The notes under the pieces are model-generated. The model was not told the origin of the DNA. It ran no database searches and saw only the letters and a program-made list of their open reading frames with translations. The position numbers and the translations under genes were made by a program. Below are positions 47,179 to 47,222 of a stretch of 47,222 nt of DNA, in pieces. The stretch's first letter is position 1. The number at the start of each line of letters is the position of its first letter. This DNA is from Candidatus Altiarchaeota archaeon (GTDB taxonomy: Archaea > Altiarchaeota > Altiarchaeia > IMC4 > QMZM01): positions 1 to 47,222 of the forward strand of contig JAFGDV010000007.1 of NCBI GenBank assembly GCA_016931955.1. Direction: 5' to 3'.

Positions 47179-47222
47179 ACTTACAAACACACTAAAATGT
47201 CAAAAACAAAGGAGGTGCAAGC

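Overview
Gene-dense archaeal chromosomal segment. Archaeal markers include Dph5, Hel308, Pps, TrpY, an NrpR-like regulator, Fae-Hps, a Methanococcales/Thermococcales-type S-layer protein and TATA promoters. The lineage is plausibly Altiarchaeota-like, but that is inference only. Positions 1-36 kb are mostly housekeeping: a stand-alone 5S rRNA, an S-layer gene preceded by a membrane-anchored wHTH regulator, leuC-pspC-leuD, a complete trpY-E-G-D-C-F-B-A-B2 cluster with recognisable TrpY boxes, pgk, fae-hps, phi, purM, ilvE and pyrH. Positions 36-47 kb look accessory and hold the best candidate for an undescribed system: two paralogous ~950-aa double-AAA ATPases with an unrecognised N-domain, no aromatic pore loops and DNA-level homogenisation between AAA modules. 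One is apparently co-transcribed with two paralogous 57-58 aa helical microproteins (one missing from the ORF track) and a divergent NrpR-like regulator. Nearby are a TA pair, a NitT/TauT-type ABC transporter and sharp strand-composition flips. Separately, two genes (trpY, fae-hps) carry the same odd ~105-bp-period duplication of their 3' end that stops at a hairpin apex. No tRNA, CRISPR array or transposase was seen. All calls come from motif recognition by eye, with no database searches.
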